From positions 17,050,001 through 17,114,000 of the forward strand of contig OZ024744.1 in the NCBI GenBank assembly GCA_964016885.1: a stretch of DNA of 64,000 nucleotides, written 5' to 3'. Source of the stretch: Eledone cirrhosa (Eukaryota). The notes beneath the pieces are model-generated. The model worked only from the letters and a program-made list of their open reading frames with translations. It did no database searches and was not told the origin of the DNA. A program made the translations under genes and the position numbers. Shown in pieces: positions 39,465-52,900 of the stretch. Each line of letters opens with the position of its first letter. Position 1 is the stretch's first letter.

Positions 39465-40517
39465 ATTTAGAGTTTTCACTCAGGAGTCAAATTCAATTAT
39501 TTAGCTCTAAGAAATATTTCTGAGCAGTACAATACAAGTTAATATAAAAAATATATGATCAACACTAATGTGTTTTTATTGCAAATTGACAATAATTTAG
39601 CCAGATAGAAATACCTTAATTCAAATACATATAGTCTACCTGTGTCGATCTAAAAAATAATAAATCTATACTCACAGACGTATATCGGCAACTGCCCTGG
39701 TGCCTAGACAAGTTTAAATTCCAAAATTCAAACCTTTTCAGCAGGTCAGTCCGAACTTCAAAAAATAAACCTGTTTCACAAAGGATGCTATACTATTGAA
39801 ATAATTAATTAATTGTGGAATAACTATTTATGAAATAATTATTAGTGAAATAATCAATTTTCTGTGATTCTCAATAGGCATCCAGAAAAATTAGAGTTAC
39901 TTCACCTAATTATTGTACTGCTCAGAAATATTTCTTAGAGCTAAATAACTGTATTTGACTCCTGAGTGAAAACTCTAAATTATATTATATCTGCTCCTTC
40001 GGTCGAGCTGAATGCGTAATCCCATATAAACGGCTGTTATTTCTAGCGCCATGAGTATGAGCCAGATTGCTGGGGAAAAAATCGTGTGCAAAAGCACATG
40101 CATTTGGCATACGACAAACCAGTCCTTAGATATTTCTCTTAGGTGAAGTAACTCTAATTTTTCTGGGTGCCTATTGAGAATCACAGAAAATTGATTATTT
40201 CACTAATAATTATTTCATAAATAGTTATTCCACAATTAATTAATTATTTCAATAGTATACCATCCTTTGTGAAACAGGTTTATTTTTTGAAGTTCGGACT
40301 GATCTGCTGAAAAGGTTTGAATTTTAGAATTTAAACTTGTCTAGGCACCAGGGCAGTTGCCGATATACGTCTGTGAGTATAGATTTATTATTTTTTAGAT
40401 CGATACAGGCAGACTATATGTATTTGAATTAAGGTATTTCTATCTGGCTAAATTATTGTCAATTTGCAATAAAAACACATTAGTGTTGATCATATATTGT
40501 TTATATTAACTTGTATT
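39461..40517. repeat. Interleaved inverted duplication A-B-A'-C-B'
   Basis: 39461-39534 inverts 39911-39984; 39531-39909 inverts 40139-40517. Confidence 0.85.
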
Positions 40518-40545
40518 TTTATATTTTTATATTAACTTGTATATA

Positions 40546-42844
40546 TGTTACCCTCTCCTCAACTTTCACTCACTCATTCTCTGTCACTACCTCTCCTCCT
40601 CCTCTTTCCTCCTCCTCCTTCAAGTTTGACCTGTGTGTAATTCTTTTCTCGCGCAGTCTTGACCGAGCTGGTATGAAATCTTTTTCTCTCTCTCTTTCGT
40701 CTGCGACTTCACAAAACTTGCGTTTACCGAATTCGTAGACCAGACCACCTTATCCTCTTCTTCTTCTTCTTCTTCTTCTTCTTCTTCTTCTTCTTCTTCT
40801 TCTTCTTCTTCTTCTTCTTCTTCTTCTTCTTCTTCTTCTTCTTCTTCTTCTTCTTCTTCTTCTTCTTCTTCTTCTTCTTCTTCTTCCTCTTCTCTCCTTT
40901 TTCTTTCTCTCTCTCTCTCTTTTTTCCCCCCTGTCGAACTTGGGCGAAATTCTTTCCTTGCTCACATTTCTACCAGGTTCGATGGTCTTTCGTCTCTTGT
41001 TCACGATTTCACAGAGTTTATATTCATAGAGATCTGGGACTTGTCTATTTCTACTCACTTTCCGTTGCTTAAACCCTTTTGTTGTTACTCTAGCGTCCCC
41101 CTTTATTTACGTGTCCCAACGACTTTTTTAGCCGTTGTTCGCACCAACCTGAGGCATATGGCCCTTAAAGCGATGAAATGCCGAGGACGGTTGGAGGGTC
41201 ACTGATGAAGGACTCACTTTTTCATATGTATCCCATTTGCAACGCCGCAGCTCCATTATTATCATCATATTTACACATATTACTTTTCCATGCTGCCTGT
41301 CTGTTTCGTTCCTTGCATCTTTACCACTTCTAGCAGTCTCCCTCTCTGTTACTCTCTCCTCAACTTTCACTCACTCATTCTCTGTCACTACCTCTCCTCC
41401 TCCTCTTTCCTCCTCCTCCTTCAAGTTTGACCTGTGTGTAATTCTTTTCTCGCGCAGTCTTGACCGAGCTGGTATGAAATTTTTTTCTCTCTCTCTTTCG
41501 TCTGCGACTTCACAAAACTTGCGTTTACCGAATTTGTAGACCAGACCATCTTATCTTCTTCTTCTTCTTCTTCTTCTTCTTCTTCTTCTTCTTCTTCTTC
41601 TTCTTCTTCTTCTTCTTCTTCTTCTTCTTCTTCTTCTTCTTCTTCTTCTTCTTCTTCTTCTTCTTCTTCTTCTTCTTCTTCTTCTTCTTCTTCTTCTTCT
41701 TCTTCTTCTTCTCTCATTTTTCTTTCTCTCTCTCTCTCTTTCCCCCTCCCCCCCGGCAAACTTGGGCGAAATTCTTTCCTTGCTCACATTTCTACCAGGT
41801 TCGATGGTCTTTCGTCTCTTGTTCACGATTTCACAGAGTTTATTATATTCATAGAGATCTGGGACTTGTCTATTTCTACTCACTTTCCGTTGCTTAAACC
41901 CTTTTGTTGTTACTCTAGCGTCCCCCTTTATTTACGTGTCCCAACGACTTCTTTTAGCCGTTGTTCGCACCAACCTGAGGCATATGGCCCTTAAAGCGTT
42001 GAAATGCCGAGGACGGTTGGAGGGTCACTGATGAAGGACTCACTTTTTCATATGTATCCCATTTGCAACGCCGCAGCTCCATTATTATCATCATATTTAC
42101 ACATATTACTTTTCCATGCTGCCTGTCTGTTTCGTTCTCTGTATCTTTACCACTTCTAGTAGTCTCCCTCTCTGTTACTCTCTCCTCAACTTTCACTCAC
42201 TCATTCTCTGTCACTACCTCTCCTCCTCCTCTTTCCTCCTCCTCCTTCAAGTTTGACCTGTGTGTAATTCTTTTCTCGCGCAGTCTTGACCGAGCTGGTA
42301 TGAAATTTTTTTCTCTCTCTCTTTCGTCTGCGACTTCACAAAACTTGCGTTTACCGAATTCGTAGACCAGACCACCTTATCTTCTTCTTCTTCTTCTTCT
42401 TCTTCTTCTTCTTCTTCTTCTTCTTCTTCTTCTTCTTCTTCTTCTTCTTCTTCTTCTTCTTCTTCTTCTTCTTCTTCTTCTTCTTCTTCTTCTTCTTCTT
42501 CTTCTTCTTCTTCTCTCCTTTTTCTTTCTCTCTCTCTCTCTCTTTTTCCCACCCCCGTCAAACTTGGGCGAAATTCTTTCCTTGCTCACATTTCTACCAG
42601 GTTCGATGGTCTTTCGTCTCTTGTTCACGATTTCACAGAGTTTATATTCATAGAGATCTGGGACTTGTCTATTTCTACTCACTTTCCGTTGCTTAAACCC
42701 TTTTGTTGTTACTCTAGCGTCCCCCTTTATTTACGTGTCCCAACGACTTTTTTTAGCCGTTGTTCGCACCAACCTGAGGCATATGGCCCTTAAAGCGATG
42801 AAATGCCGAGGACGGTTGAAGGGTCACTGATGAAGGACTCACTT

Positions 42845-42852
<8 letters not shown>
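40546..42852. repeat. Tandem repeat, ~800-826 bp unit, ~2.9 copies, internal (TTC)n
   Basis: Unit landmarks at ~40548, ~41349 and ~42175; copies near identical. Confidence 0.92.
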
Positions 42853-42882
<30 letters not shown>

Positions 42883-43197
42883 GATAAAATGTTATTGTTA
42901 TAGGTAAGCAAGTTAGAGGTTGTGACTACTCTGTATTGTGGATAGTTTTAATGTACGGCGTTGTTTGACCTGTTTGGTTTGCCTCGTCTTTTTGGCTTAG
43001 GTGGTTGATGGCTTCTTAACCGCCATCTCACTTTGTTTCACCTTTTTAACCGATGTTTATTTCTCTGGTCTCTATTTGGTACATGGAGCGCTTGCCAGCA
43101 TAACTCGGATATTGCGTTTCTCTTTGTCTTCGACCATAGCCGAAATACGAATCTCGTTGAAATTATATTTGTATATATATATATATAAATATACATA

Positions 43198-43580
43198 TAT
43201 ATGGAAAACGAAGAATCAGTGATACAACGGAACACAATTTATTAACGTATTACAATTGTTTCTCCGGTGAATAGCTCTGGTTTTGCAAGTTCCTCAGATG
43301 CGTCTAGTGACTTTGAAGCAAATCAAATCCTCTGTCGCTTGGACTCCGACCATTAGAATTTCTATCATCTGCCATCATCTTGTTTGCGCGGCCCATCGAT
43401 TGGTCCAGAGTACGAGACGTCATCTGTATGTTTGACCAGTCAAAGCTGCCCACTGTCACATACGTTAATTCTCTTACCAGAATTACTGGTGCATGGGGTT
43501 CTGATCTGCCTTGTCTGAAACAATTGTAATACTTTAATAAATTGTGTTCCCATGCATAATTCATTCTTCGTTTACCATAT
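43198..43580. repeat. Short element with ~65-bp inverted ends and a hammerhead-like motif (43245-43303, minus)
   Basis: acgcat-CTGAGGA...GAAAC-aatt-GTA-atacgt; inverted partial copy at 43515-43580. Confidence 0.55.
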
Positions 43581-43646
43581 TAACTGAGCATAGCGTGCTC
43601 AACAGGCATACCGCCTATGGACGCATCCAAGCAACCTTACTACAAA

Positions 43647-43717
<71 letters not shown>

Positions 43718-43761
43718 GAGTATGTGTATGTGTGTGTGTGAGTGTGTGTGTGTGTGTGTGT

Positions 43762-43806
<45 letters not shown>

Positions 43807-43947
43807 CAGAGGCTATATTTAATTTGTTGGGATTCAACAAGCTTAAAAATGTATATATATAAAAATGTATATATATATATGTATACTGTTGGCTTCTTGC
43901 TACATTACTTTCTATACCTTTCATTTATATATATGTATATATATATA

Positions 43948-44327
43948 TATGATAAAGAACACAAGAGCGTTGACAACATCAACAGATTTTTATTGGCTTA
44001 CAATGTTTCTTCCTTACGCAACCGTAGGATTCGTAAGAACTATAAAAGGGGTTTGATTGGTGTTATGGACTCTACCAACCAAACATTCAAGGACAAAGAG
44101 TAAAGAGAGTAAAGAGCAAAAGTAGGGGACGATAAGTCTAATTTTGGTGCGGGAGGGTGAGGTATGGGTCCTTGTTTACTAACTGCGGTCATATTAATTC
44201 TCGGGAGTCGAGTTGTTAGTTGAACCATAGATGGGATGGGGTCGATAGTATGGTGCAGAGGGTGTGCAGAGGCTACTCACACACAAAGGGCATACAATAT
44301 ATATATATAAACGGAGGAGAAAGTACA

Positions 44328-44328
<1 letters not shown>
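43948..44328 (-). repeat. Second copy of the 9105-9480 repeat
   Basis: Direct sequence match. Confidence 0.8.
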
Positions 44329-44369
<41 letters not shown>

Positions 44370-44374
<5 letters not shown>

Positions 44375-45054
44375 GTGAGGTTTTTTTTACAAAATGAAAA
44401 ATAACCGAGGTGTCCTACACGAGTGAAAGTATAAAGAAAAAGAGATGAAATCGAAAATGCAACTGGAGTCTTATTTTAAAAAAAAATATATATATTTATT
44501 TGGTTCCTTTACCGGTTTCACAGTTCTTCTGATTTTCAAAAGGTGAGTTGAGATGGAGGGTCTGTGGTTTTTCTCACATCTGGTTGGTCTCTGAATGTTA
44601 CTTGTTTTATATGGAAAAAGTGGCTCGAAATGCCAGGTTTTTCGAGAAGGAATTTGATTGGTTTGTCAATAATTATAATAAATTTCGCGCCAGTTCGCGT
44701 TACAATAGTTCTTGAAATAAGAGGGGGGGGGTTGTCACGGGGTTTTTTTTTCTTATATGAGTGTTTGAATTTCTTTTTACTTGAAAAAAGGGGCGCACGA
44801 AGGCTTTTTTTTTGTTTGGTTATAAATGAAATTATGGCTGTCACGTGAACAAGTTTTCATTAAATTTCCGTGCCCTTATTTGGAAATCCATTCTGTAGCC
44901 TTTTTAGAGAATTTTTTGATGAAAAGATAATGGTCAAGAGAAAGGGATGGGAGAATTGTTCTGGTTCAGTGAATATGGTTAGTTCGCTGGGGTGTCAGAA
45001 TTCAGATTTTCTATAGAATAAAGAAAGTAAAGATATGTGTGTTTCTTTGTGTGC

Positions 45055-45093
<39 letters not shown>

Positions 45094-45830
45094 GTGTGTG
45101 TGTGTTTGAATTTCTTTACTTAAAAAAAAGCCTTCATGAGCCACCCTTTTTTTAAGTAAAGAAATTCAAACACACACACAACACACACGCACACACACAC
45201 AAGCACACAAAGAAACATACATATCTTTACTTTCTTTATTCAATAGAAAATCTGAATTCTGACACCCCAGCGAACTAACCATATTCACTGTACCAGAACA
45301 ATTCTCCCATCCCTTTCTCTTCACCATTATCTTTCACTTATCATAAAATTCTCTAAAAAGGCTACAGAATGGATTTCCAAATAAGGGCACGGAAATTTAA
45401 TGGACACTTGTTCACGTGACAGCCATAATTTCATTTATAACCAAACAAAAAAAAAGCCTTCGTGAGCCCCTTTTTTCAAGTAAAAAGAAATTCAAACACT
45501 CATATATGAAAAAAACAACCTGTGACAACCCCCCCCCCTCTTATTTCAAGAACTATTGTAACGCGAATTGGCGCGAAATTTATTATAATTATTGACAAAC
45601 CAATCAGATTACTTCTCGAAAAACCTGGCATTTCGAGCCACTTTTTACATATAAAACAAGTAACATTCAGAGACCAACCAGATGTGAGAAAAACCACAGA
45701 CCCTCCATCTCAACTCACCTTTTGAAAAGCAGAAGAACTGCGAAACCGGTAAAGGAACCAAATAAATATATATATTTAAAAAAAAAATAAAACTCCAGTT
45801 GCATTTTCGATTTCATCTCTTTTTCTTTAT
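44370..45830. mobile_element. Palindromic non-coding element (~0.7 kb arms), a hammerhead near each outer end
   Basis: Arms invert about ~45135; second copy at 53788-55295. Confidence 0.8.
45718..45755 (+). ncRNA. Minimal hammerhead, U3:A8 variant (mirror at 44506-44543)
   Basis: cctt-TTGAAAA-gcag aagaa ctgc-GAAAC-cg-GTA-aagg. Confidence 0.72.
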
Positions 45831-45844
45831 ATATATATATATAT

Positions 45845-46297
45845 TGAGTATATGTTGGTTGTTTACCGACACCTATGTATGCAGATTGGTGCACTCGACG
45901 AAGTACGCAGGTTTGTTTGTTTACTCCAGAGTAATGTAAAATAATTAAGTCAAATATGTAAAATTTGTCTTCGTTTATTATAAATTATAGATATACTGCT
46001 ATATATATTTCGGTGACGGCCATCATTGGCTGTGACCTCTTCAGGCAGTCCGAATTGGTGTGGGAGAGACAGGCACACATGTTGTTGAAGTGCGTTTTAC
46101 TCCGTCATTCCATCGATATGTCCAGCTCCTGGTTGTGTTGTTATTTCTCTGAGGAACTTGAATCATATTAAGATTCCACTTCCTTAGAGAAATATCGATG
46201 GATTGACGGAGTAAAACGCACTTCAACAACATGTGTACCTGTCTCTACTACACCAATTCGGACTGCCTGAAGAGGTCACAGCTAATGATGGCTGTCA

Positions 46298-46300
<3 letters not shown>
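45845..46300. mobile_element. Solo inverted pLTR pair of the PLE family at 46940-49745
   Basis: Inverts about ~46170; homologous to 46940-47240. Confidence 0.7.
45995..46049 (-). ncRNA. Minimal hammerhead (AUA site)
   Basis: actgc-CTGAAGA-ggtcacagcc...ggccgtcacc-GAAAT-atat-ATA-gcagt. Confidence 0.72.
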
Positions 46301-46378
<78 letters not shown>

Positions 46379-46566
46379 GAACTTTACAACACCACCTGCC
46401 CCTTTGAGGTCAAAAACCAACCCTACTAGCATCTACAAACTGACCAATGAGAATTAAGACTATTTCTTCTGACAACATTAAATTATTCCTAACAAACTCA
46501 TATATCCCAAGGCTCTGATACCATCAACACTATAAACACAGAGCTGGCATATCTAAGAACTGACTA

Positions 46567-46622
46567 ACTGCCTGATGAGGTCATAGCCATTCAATGGCTA
46601 TCATCGAAATATATATAGCAGT
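46567..46622 (+). ncRNA. Minimal hammerhead (AUA site)
   Basis: actgc-CTGATGA-ggtcatagccattcaatggctatcatc-GAAAT-atat-ATA-gcagt. Confidence 0.78.
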
Positions 46623-46663
46623 AAATAAAGGATTATGAGTTCATACAATTGGCTTATGTTTCG

Positions 46664-46713
<50 letters not shown>

Positions 46714-46714
<1 letters not shown>

Positions 46715-46846
46715 TAGAGCGGGTAAAATTCCCGAGATCCATGGACAAGTTCTCTCCAGCGGTCTCTGTCCCTCATTATCGCTGCCATGTCCTGCGTCTC
46801 CAACAGACCGGTGTCTGTCCTTAGGGCATCAATATATGTTAACCTC

Positions 46847-46848
<2 letters not shown>
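46714..46848 (-). mobile_element. RTE-clade LINE extreme 3' fragment
   Basis: PRLTYIDALRTDTG...MRDRDRWR C-terminal signature. Confidence 0.7.
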
Positions 46849-46944
<96 letters not shown>

Positions 46945-47086
46945 GAGTATATGTTGGTTGTATACCAACACCTCAGTATGCAGGCTGGAGCACTCGACGA
47001 AGTGCGCAGGTTGGTTTGGTTACTCCGGAGTAATGTAAAATAAAGTAAAATAAAAGTCAAATGTTTAAAATTTAGCTTCGTTTATT

Positions 47087-47141
47087 ACTGCTATATATAT
47101 TTCGGTGACAGCCATCTTTGGCTGTAACCTCTTCAGGCAGT
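47087..47141 (-). ncRNA. Hammerhead in 3' pLTR
   Basis: actgc-CTGAAGA-ggttacagcc...ggctgtcacc-GAAATatatATA-gcagt. Confidence 0.75.
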
Positions 47142-49639
47142 TCGAAGATGTTGTTGAGGTGTATAATTTTGTCAATACTCTGATATGCCCAGTTCCTGGT
47201 TGGGTTGTTATTTCTCTGAGGAACTGGAATCATATGAATTCAAACAAACGAATTTCATTGGTCAGTTGTTAGAACATTCCTCATTCAAAAGTCTATAGAA
47301 ATTCGTTCTGAGGCAAGCCAATCTGTAGTTGTTGTTCTTGTTATTGTTAGGTACATCTGACCTCAATTCTTGTGTTGGTAGTGTTGTTATTATTAGAGTT
47401 AGCTTTAAAAATTGATAAAGTGGTAGAAGGAACAAGGTGGTAAAGTAACAAAATAACAAAAAAATATCAAACTTCCCATTGGTCAGTTTTGAGAGCATTC
47501 CTCAGTCGGGAAGTCTATAGAAATTCTTTCTGGGGTGAGGCTCCCTGTAGTGTTTGTGTTTGCTATTGTTAAGTATATTTGACCTCTACCATTATTTCTG
47601 TAGTGTTGTTGGTGTTGTGGTCAGCTTATGTCTTGCTGCTGCTGACAATTTAGAAGTATATGTGTGTGGTTTTTCATCCCTCCTGCCACCATGTCCCGTG
47701 GTGGTGGTGGTGGGGGAGGGTTCTTCCATGTATATGAAGAAATATAAGGCAATAAATTAAGAAAACAGAAAATAAATAATAAATAAAGAATAAAGAATAA
47801 AGAATAAATGAAAATTGGTGAAGAAGTAATGAAAATGAATATGGAGAAGTGAAAAATAAAATGAAGGTTCAAATAAAGTAGGATAAAGTGTGTGTGTGCT
47901 ATAACCAATCTCAAGGTCAGAAATATGTTGGATAGATTGGTATGAGGAACAAGAGGTTAAAATAATAAAATAATAAGATAATCAAACAAAATGTGTTTGT
48001 GTTATAATCAATCTCAACTTAAAAATAAATATAAGGTGATACAGTGAGAAGAACAGAAAACAAATAACAAATTAATAAAGAGAAATCAAGATTTAAAATT
48101 GAAAATTGAAAATCAGAAATCAAGTAAATTAAAATGTGTTTGTGTTATATAGATGTTGGCCAAATTATAAAGGCTGTGTCCGATTCAATCTCTAGGCTAT
48201 CATGGTGTCTGCTCAGCCTGGGTTATTCCCTATGGCTTGAGGGGAGTTCTCAAACTACGGTGTTGTTACTGCCCATATAGCTTCAGGGAGGTCTGTCTGA
48301 GAGGTGTCTACATGTTCTGGAGAAGTCATTATAGCTTGAGGGAAGTTCACATCTTATTGTGTTGCTACTGTCCATATATCTTGAGGAATGTCCCGGCCCT
48401 GAGGTGTCTGCATGTCCCGAAGAAGTCGGTTCTGAGGTTTATCATTCCGCTTCCACGTCTTAGTATCTCGAGGATCTCGTTCAGGCATAGTTTGCATATG
48501 CAAGATCACCCTTTATCGGGTGGTACTTTCCTGATTATATACCAGGCCAGAGAGTACGGGGTCCTGTCCGGCTTAAGCTTCCAGATCAGGTCGGAGAGAG
48601 CCGTGCTTTTCCTTTTGGCCTCCTTATTCAATGAATGGCGATGGTTGTACCAGCGGTCTTTAAAGCTCGTTGATGTGGCTCCTATGTAGAGGTGTTCGGA
48701 GTTGGGGTTTTAACCCTACAGCCGTATACTAGGTTCTTCTTAAGGCATTCATTACCAAGGGGGCATGATTCGGGGTTTCTGCAGTTGCAGAGGGTGGTCG
48801 ACCTCTGCGTGCCTAGATTGGGGTTCCCGTTAGGTGTTACATGGTGGTTTTCCTCCAGGCACCACAGTGGGGGACCCCGGGTCTGTTTGGGTTTCTTGGG
48901 TGGGATCTGGGTTCCCCCTTCCCACCTTTCACATGGTTCTGCTGAGTGTTTGAATTGCCATCTTCTGGTTGTGTGTGGTTTTTAAGTCTACTCCTGTTGA
49001 TGCTAGCTATGTGTTGTCCAGATTTCTCGTGGTGGAATACGAGAGCTTCACCGTGTGTCTGTTGAAGATCCTGTGGTATCTATGGTCCCTCGGGAAGCAT
49101 TTATCAAGTGCTCCAAAGAATGATCGTCCAAGCTGTTCTTTAGGGCCGCTTAGTAGGGTGGGTTGTACCACGTGATTTTTCTGTGTCTCCTCCTATATGT
49201 GTGGGTCGGTGGCGTCGTGATTTGTTGGAGATTTGTTGGGCTGCTGGTGGTTCCCGCACTGTTGCTTCCACTTTGGGCGCTATGCTTTTTGTTATCTTCA
49301 CGGCCCGAATCTGTGGGGTGGTCGTAGCCCGCGCTGGGAGATCTACCGTGGGGTGCCCCCCCCCACGTGTCCTGCGGTTGGGGTCGTCGGTCCTCGGGTG
49401 GTTAGCGTCACCCCTGAGACTGCTACTCATATTTGGTTTCCTCACATGGTTAAGCGTATCACCTTATATTTATTTTTAAGTTGAGATTGATTATAACACA
49501 ACACATTCGTTTGTTTGAATTCATATGATTCTAGTTCCTCAAAGAAATAACAACCCAACCAGGAACTGGGCATATCAGAGTATTGACAAAATTACACACC
49601 TCAACAACATATGTACTTGTCTATACCACATTAATTCGG

Positions 49640-49694
49640 ACTGCCTGAAGAGGTCACAGCAAAAGATGGCTGTCACCGAAATATATATAGCAGT
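49640..49694 (+). ncRNA. Hammerhead in inverted pLTR
   Basis: Same motif on the plus strand. Confidence 0.75.
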
Positions 49695-49922
49695 AATAAA
49701 CGAAGCTAAATTTAAAACATTTGACTTTTTATTTTACTTATTTTACTTATTTATATATATATAAATAAGTAAAATAAGTAAAATATTGTGTTTGCTTCTG
49801 TGTTTAGCAATTTTAGACAAGTCTATCATAGAAACAATTGTTAGACTGTAAATAAATTTCCTTGTTTGTATTGTCGACCATGTTATTCTTCAATTTTTCA
49901 ATTATATATATATATATATATA

Positions 49923-52900
49923 CTAGCATTAAAGCCAGGCGTTGCTTGTGGTAATTAAGTTACCAAAGTTAGGTTGCACCACACATTTTCTGGCAGCACT
50001 TTTTTGCCTGCCAGGCACTGGTTGAATGAAATGAAGACCTAGACTGCCGAAGCAGGAGCTGCGCCAGCAGTGACAATTGTAGTTTCGCCTATTGATATTA
50101 TCTCTGTGCAAAGAAGTGTTGAAATTTATTGTTTTACTGTACTTGCGCAGCACGCACGTAGACGATGCAAGCCGAACAACAGAGCTGCGATGGAGTTGTT
50201 CTGCATGACATGTTTTAACGGGGGAGGGGTGGAATGAGGGAACCTCAAACAGGTGCCTGAAAACATTGTCGAATTATGACAACCAAAAAAGAGGAAGAGG
50301 GGTCATTTTATGGTTGGTGCATCATGTACGTCGGACGTAGAAGATGAGCCTGCTGCTGTGCCGACGGGGGGAGGGAAATAGAGCTGAGCGGAGTCCAGGT
50401 GTTGGTGAAGTGTGAAGTAATTGCAGGGAACCGCCTACATATGTAAATCCCGTCATTAAAGCATTGTTCACTCTTTGAGAGTCGCACGGAGGTGAAATAC
50501 TAACTTGTCCACGGTCCTCCGAGGCCCACCAAACAGGGGTTGGTGAGGAGCAACAGCTGATATTTGAGTACGGTCGGAGTTGCAATGAAGCTTTGTAACG
50601 CCGCGAGAATCAGCCTTTGTACGCCCGATGGTGGGGAGTGTCCAGTGCACTGCAGTGAAGGTTAACCTACTTAGAAAGTACTCACGAAAAGGCAGAAAAC
50701 AAAAAGATAAAAAGTTATAAAATTAGGAATCAAGGTACTCCTATAAAACCTCCTTGTACACAATGTTTTTTGTTTTTCCTTGCGGGACGAACGCGAAATC
50801 ATCACTCTTGCTGCCGTGTCGGCAGCAAGAGTGATGATTTGGCGTTCGTTCCGCAAGGAAAAACAAAAAACATTCTGTACATGGAGGTTTTATAGGATTA
50901 CCTCGATTCCTAATTTTGAGCAGCCAACGTAAAGCTGACCATGAGAGAAACACGGCTCTCCCAAATGTATTCCCGCGACAGACAGTGTTTGCCCCTGCGT
51001 TTTGTTAATTGACATTGCGAAGCATGGCCTTACCGGGAACTGGGATCTCCGAAAGGTGAAAGGTAGGTCTGCTCTAGATGGGAAAAGATGCATCCTCGGT
51101 ATGAGCACAACCATGACCCGACCGCACCCTGTGATTATTGTGGCCTCAATCAGATTGGGAGCTAAGGACTTAACGACCAAACGTGTGCCATTGCATTGTT
51201 TCGGCGGAACCAAATTTCGAATGAGCAATATAGGTGCACCAACCTTCAAAGTTTCAAAATGTGTGGGGGTAATCCGGGGGGCTCAAAGGAATTTAGTACC
51301 TCTATTGGATAGTTGATGACGTCCTCGGGGTCAGGAGTTCTATAGATAGACTTATATACGTAGCCATCCGCAGGAATGAGTTTTAGCATTTGATCATTAA
51401 TATGGTTAACAGTTTTATTCCTCGGGGCCAGAATAGCCCTTTGGGCAAGGCAATCAATATTCTGATAATTTACTTGGAGATCTGGGAACACTGCATCCCT
51501 GAGATCAGAAGGCGTACTAACAACGGTACAAAGTGAGTCGATGACAATATTACCCTTTTCATCCCCGGGCGTTTTGCCTTCGCCAAGTGCAAGGAGGGTG
51601 TGAGAAAATGCTGCTGATGTGATATCACCTCGCATATGAGCACGCATGTTAGTTTGAAGTTTCAGAGTCTTCACCAGGGGCCACAATGCGGATAACTTAA
51701 GACACGCAGGTACTGCATCAGCTCTAGTCCCCTTGGGAATAACGGGAAGCGTTTGCCTGAAGTCCCCTGAAAGAAGAAGTGTTATGCCTCCCATGGGAGC
51801 CGTAGAGTCTTTGATGTCTCTCAGAGTTCTATCTAGCGCCTCAAGAGCACCTCTGTGGGCCATCGTCCATTCGTCCCAAACGATAAGCTTGCACCGTCTG
51901 AACACTTCTGCCTGATCGGAGCTCTTACTGCTGTTGCAATTGGGTGTCTCAGCCTTCGCTAAGTCAACCGAGAGCTTGAAATAAGAGTGAGCTGTCCTGC
52001 CGCCCGGCAACAAAGTAGCGGCAATTCCAGATGATGCCACATCTAAGGCAAAGCCTTCTGTTCGCCTAATCTCAGCTAATATTAATTTAGTGACAGAAGT
52101 TTTCCCAGTCCCCCAGAAGCGTCCAGGAAAAAAATCCCCCCAGCTTTTCCCCGGACAGAATTAACAACGGAGTTGTAAGCGAATTTCTGTTCTGGAAGGA
52201 GCTTTGGCTCATTCTCCGCTATGTACTGGGCAAGCTCGTCAACATTATAAGATGTCTCACGCAGAAAATCCGAAGACAGAGTCTTTGCGCCTTCCCGGTT
52301 TGTTGAAGGTAGGCCATACACCGCCAACGCACTACCGCCCATATCGAGAACAGTATATTCGATTTCAGGCAGTGCCCTGTTGTAAATGAGGTCACTGTAC
52401 CCGACCTCCATCGATGGGTTTAGCAACTGAGCGTGACATGTAATCTTTGTAGCTAAGCCATAAAGAGGTCTGATCATCGAAGTCGCACCATAGGAGTAGA
52501 ATAGCGAAAAGCGATCTTAGTCTTTTAGGAGATTTCAACAAAACGCTCTCTGCCATAGTGGCGCCCCATTGTAAATCATCCTCCAAAAGGCCACACCTAC
52601 AGCAGGCTTCCCGGAAAGTATCACATAATTCACCGTCAACAGTTCTTATGTCTCGAAAGCTTTGTGGGCCAAAAACCTCATGAAGGAGAAGGCGCAGGTG
52701 AAAACACTCATGCTGGTTGGGAGGTACAGTGTACACTCTTCCTAGACAACTGTCAAACTTGACACCAGGATGTCCTTCAACATCCTGACCTGACTTCCTA
52801 CGCACCAAAGTGTTGTTTGACCACACGTAGTAGGACGGGACTTGAGGAAATGAAAGTTTTTTGCAAATGTGTCAAGTTTGCAAAGCGTAAAAAAACCAGT

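Larger units (their letters stand above)
46940..49745 (-). mobile_element. Naiad-like PLE, 5'-truncated, with inverted pLTR
   Basis: Minus strand: KITWYNPPY, HRIFNRHTVKLSYS, CNCRNPESCPL...LVYGC...YIGATSTSFKDRW, CKLCLNE. 49510-49745 inverts 47040-47255. Confidence 0.85.

Noticed and set aside
41128-41222. Twister, pistol, HDV or hammerhead in the 815-bp repeat
   Set aside because: Only partial words (CTGATGA without GAAA, GCCCTTAAAGCG, GGAGGG); the required pairings could not be built.
48500-48515. In-frame TGA in the Naiad-like endonuclease as selenocysteine
   Set aside because: It lies at a non-cysteine position, the neighbouring Cys codons are normal, the copy has other stops and no SECIS was recognised.
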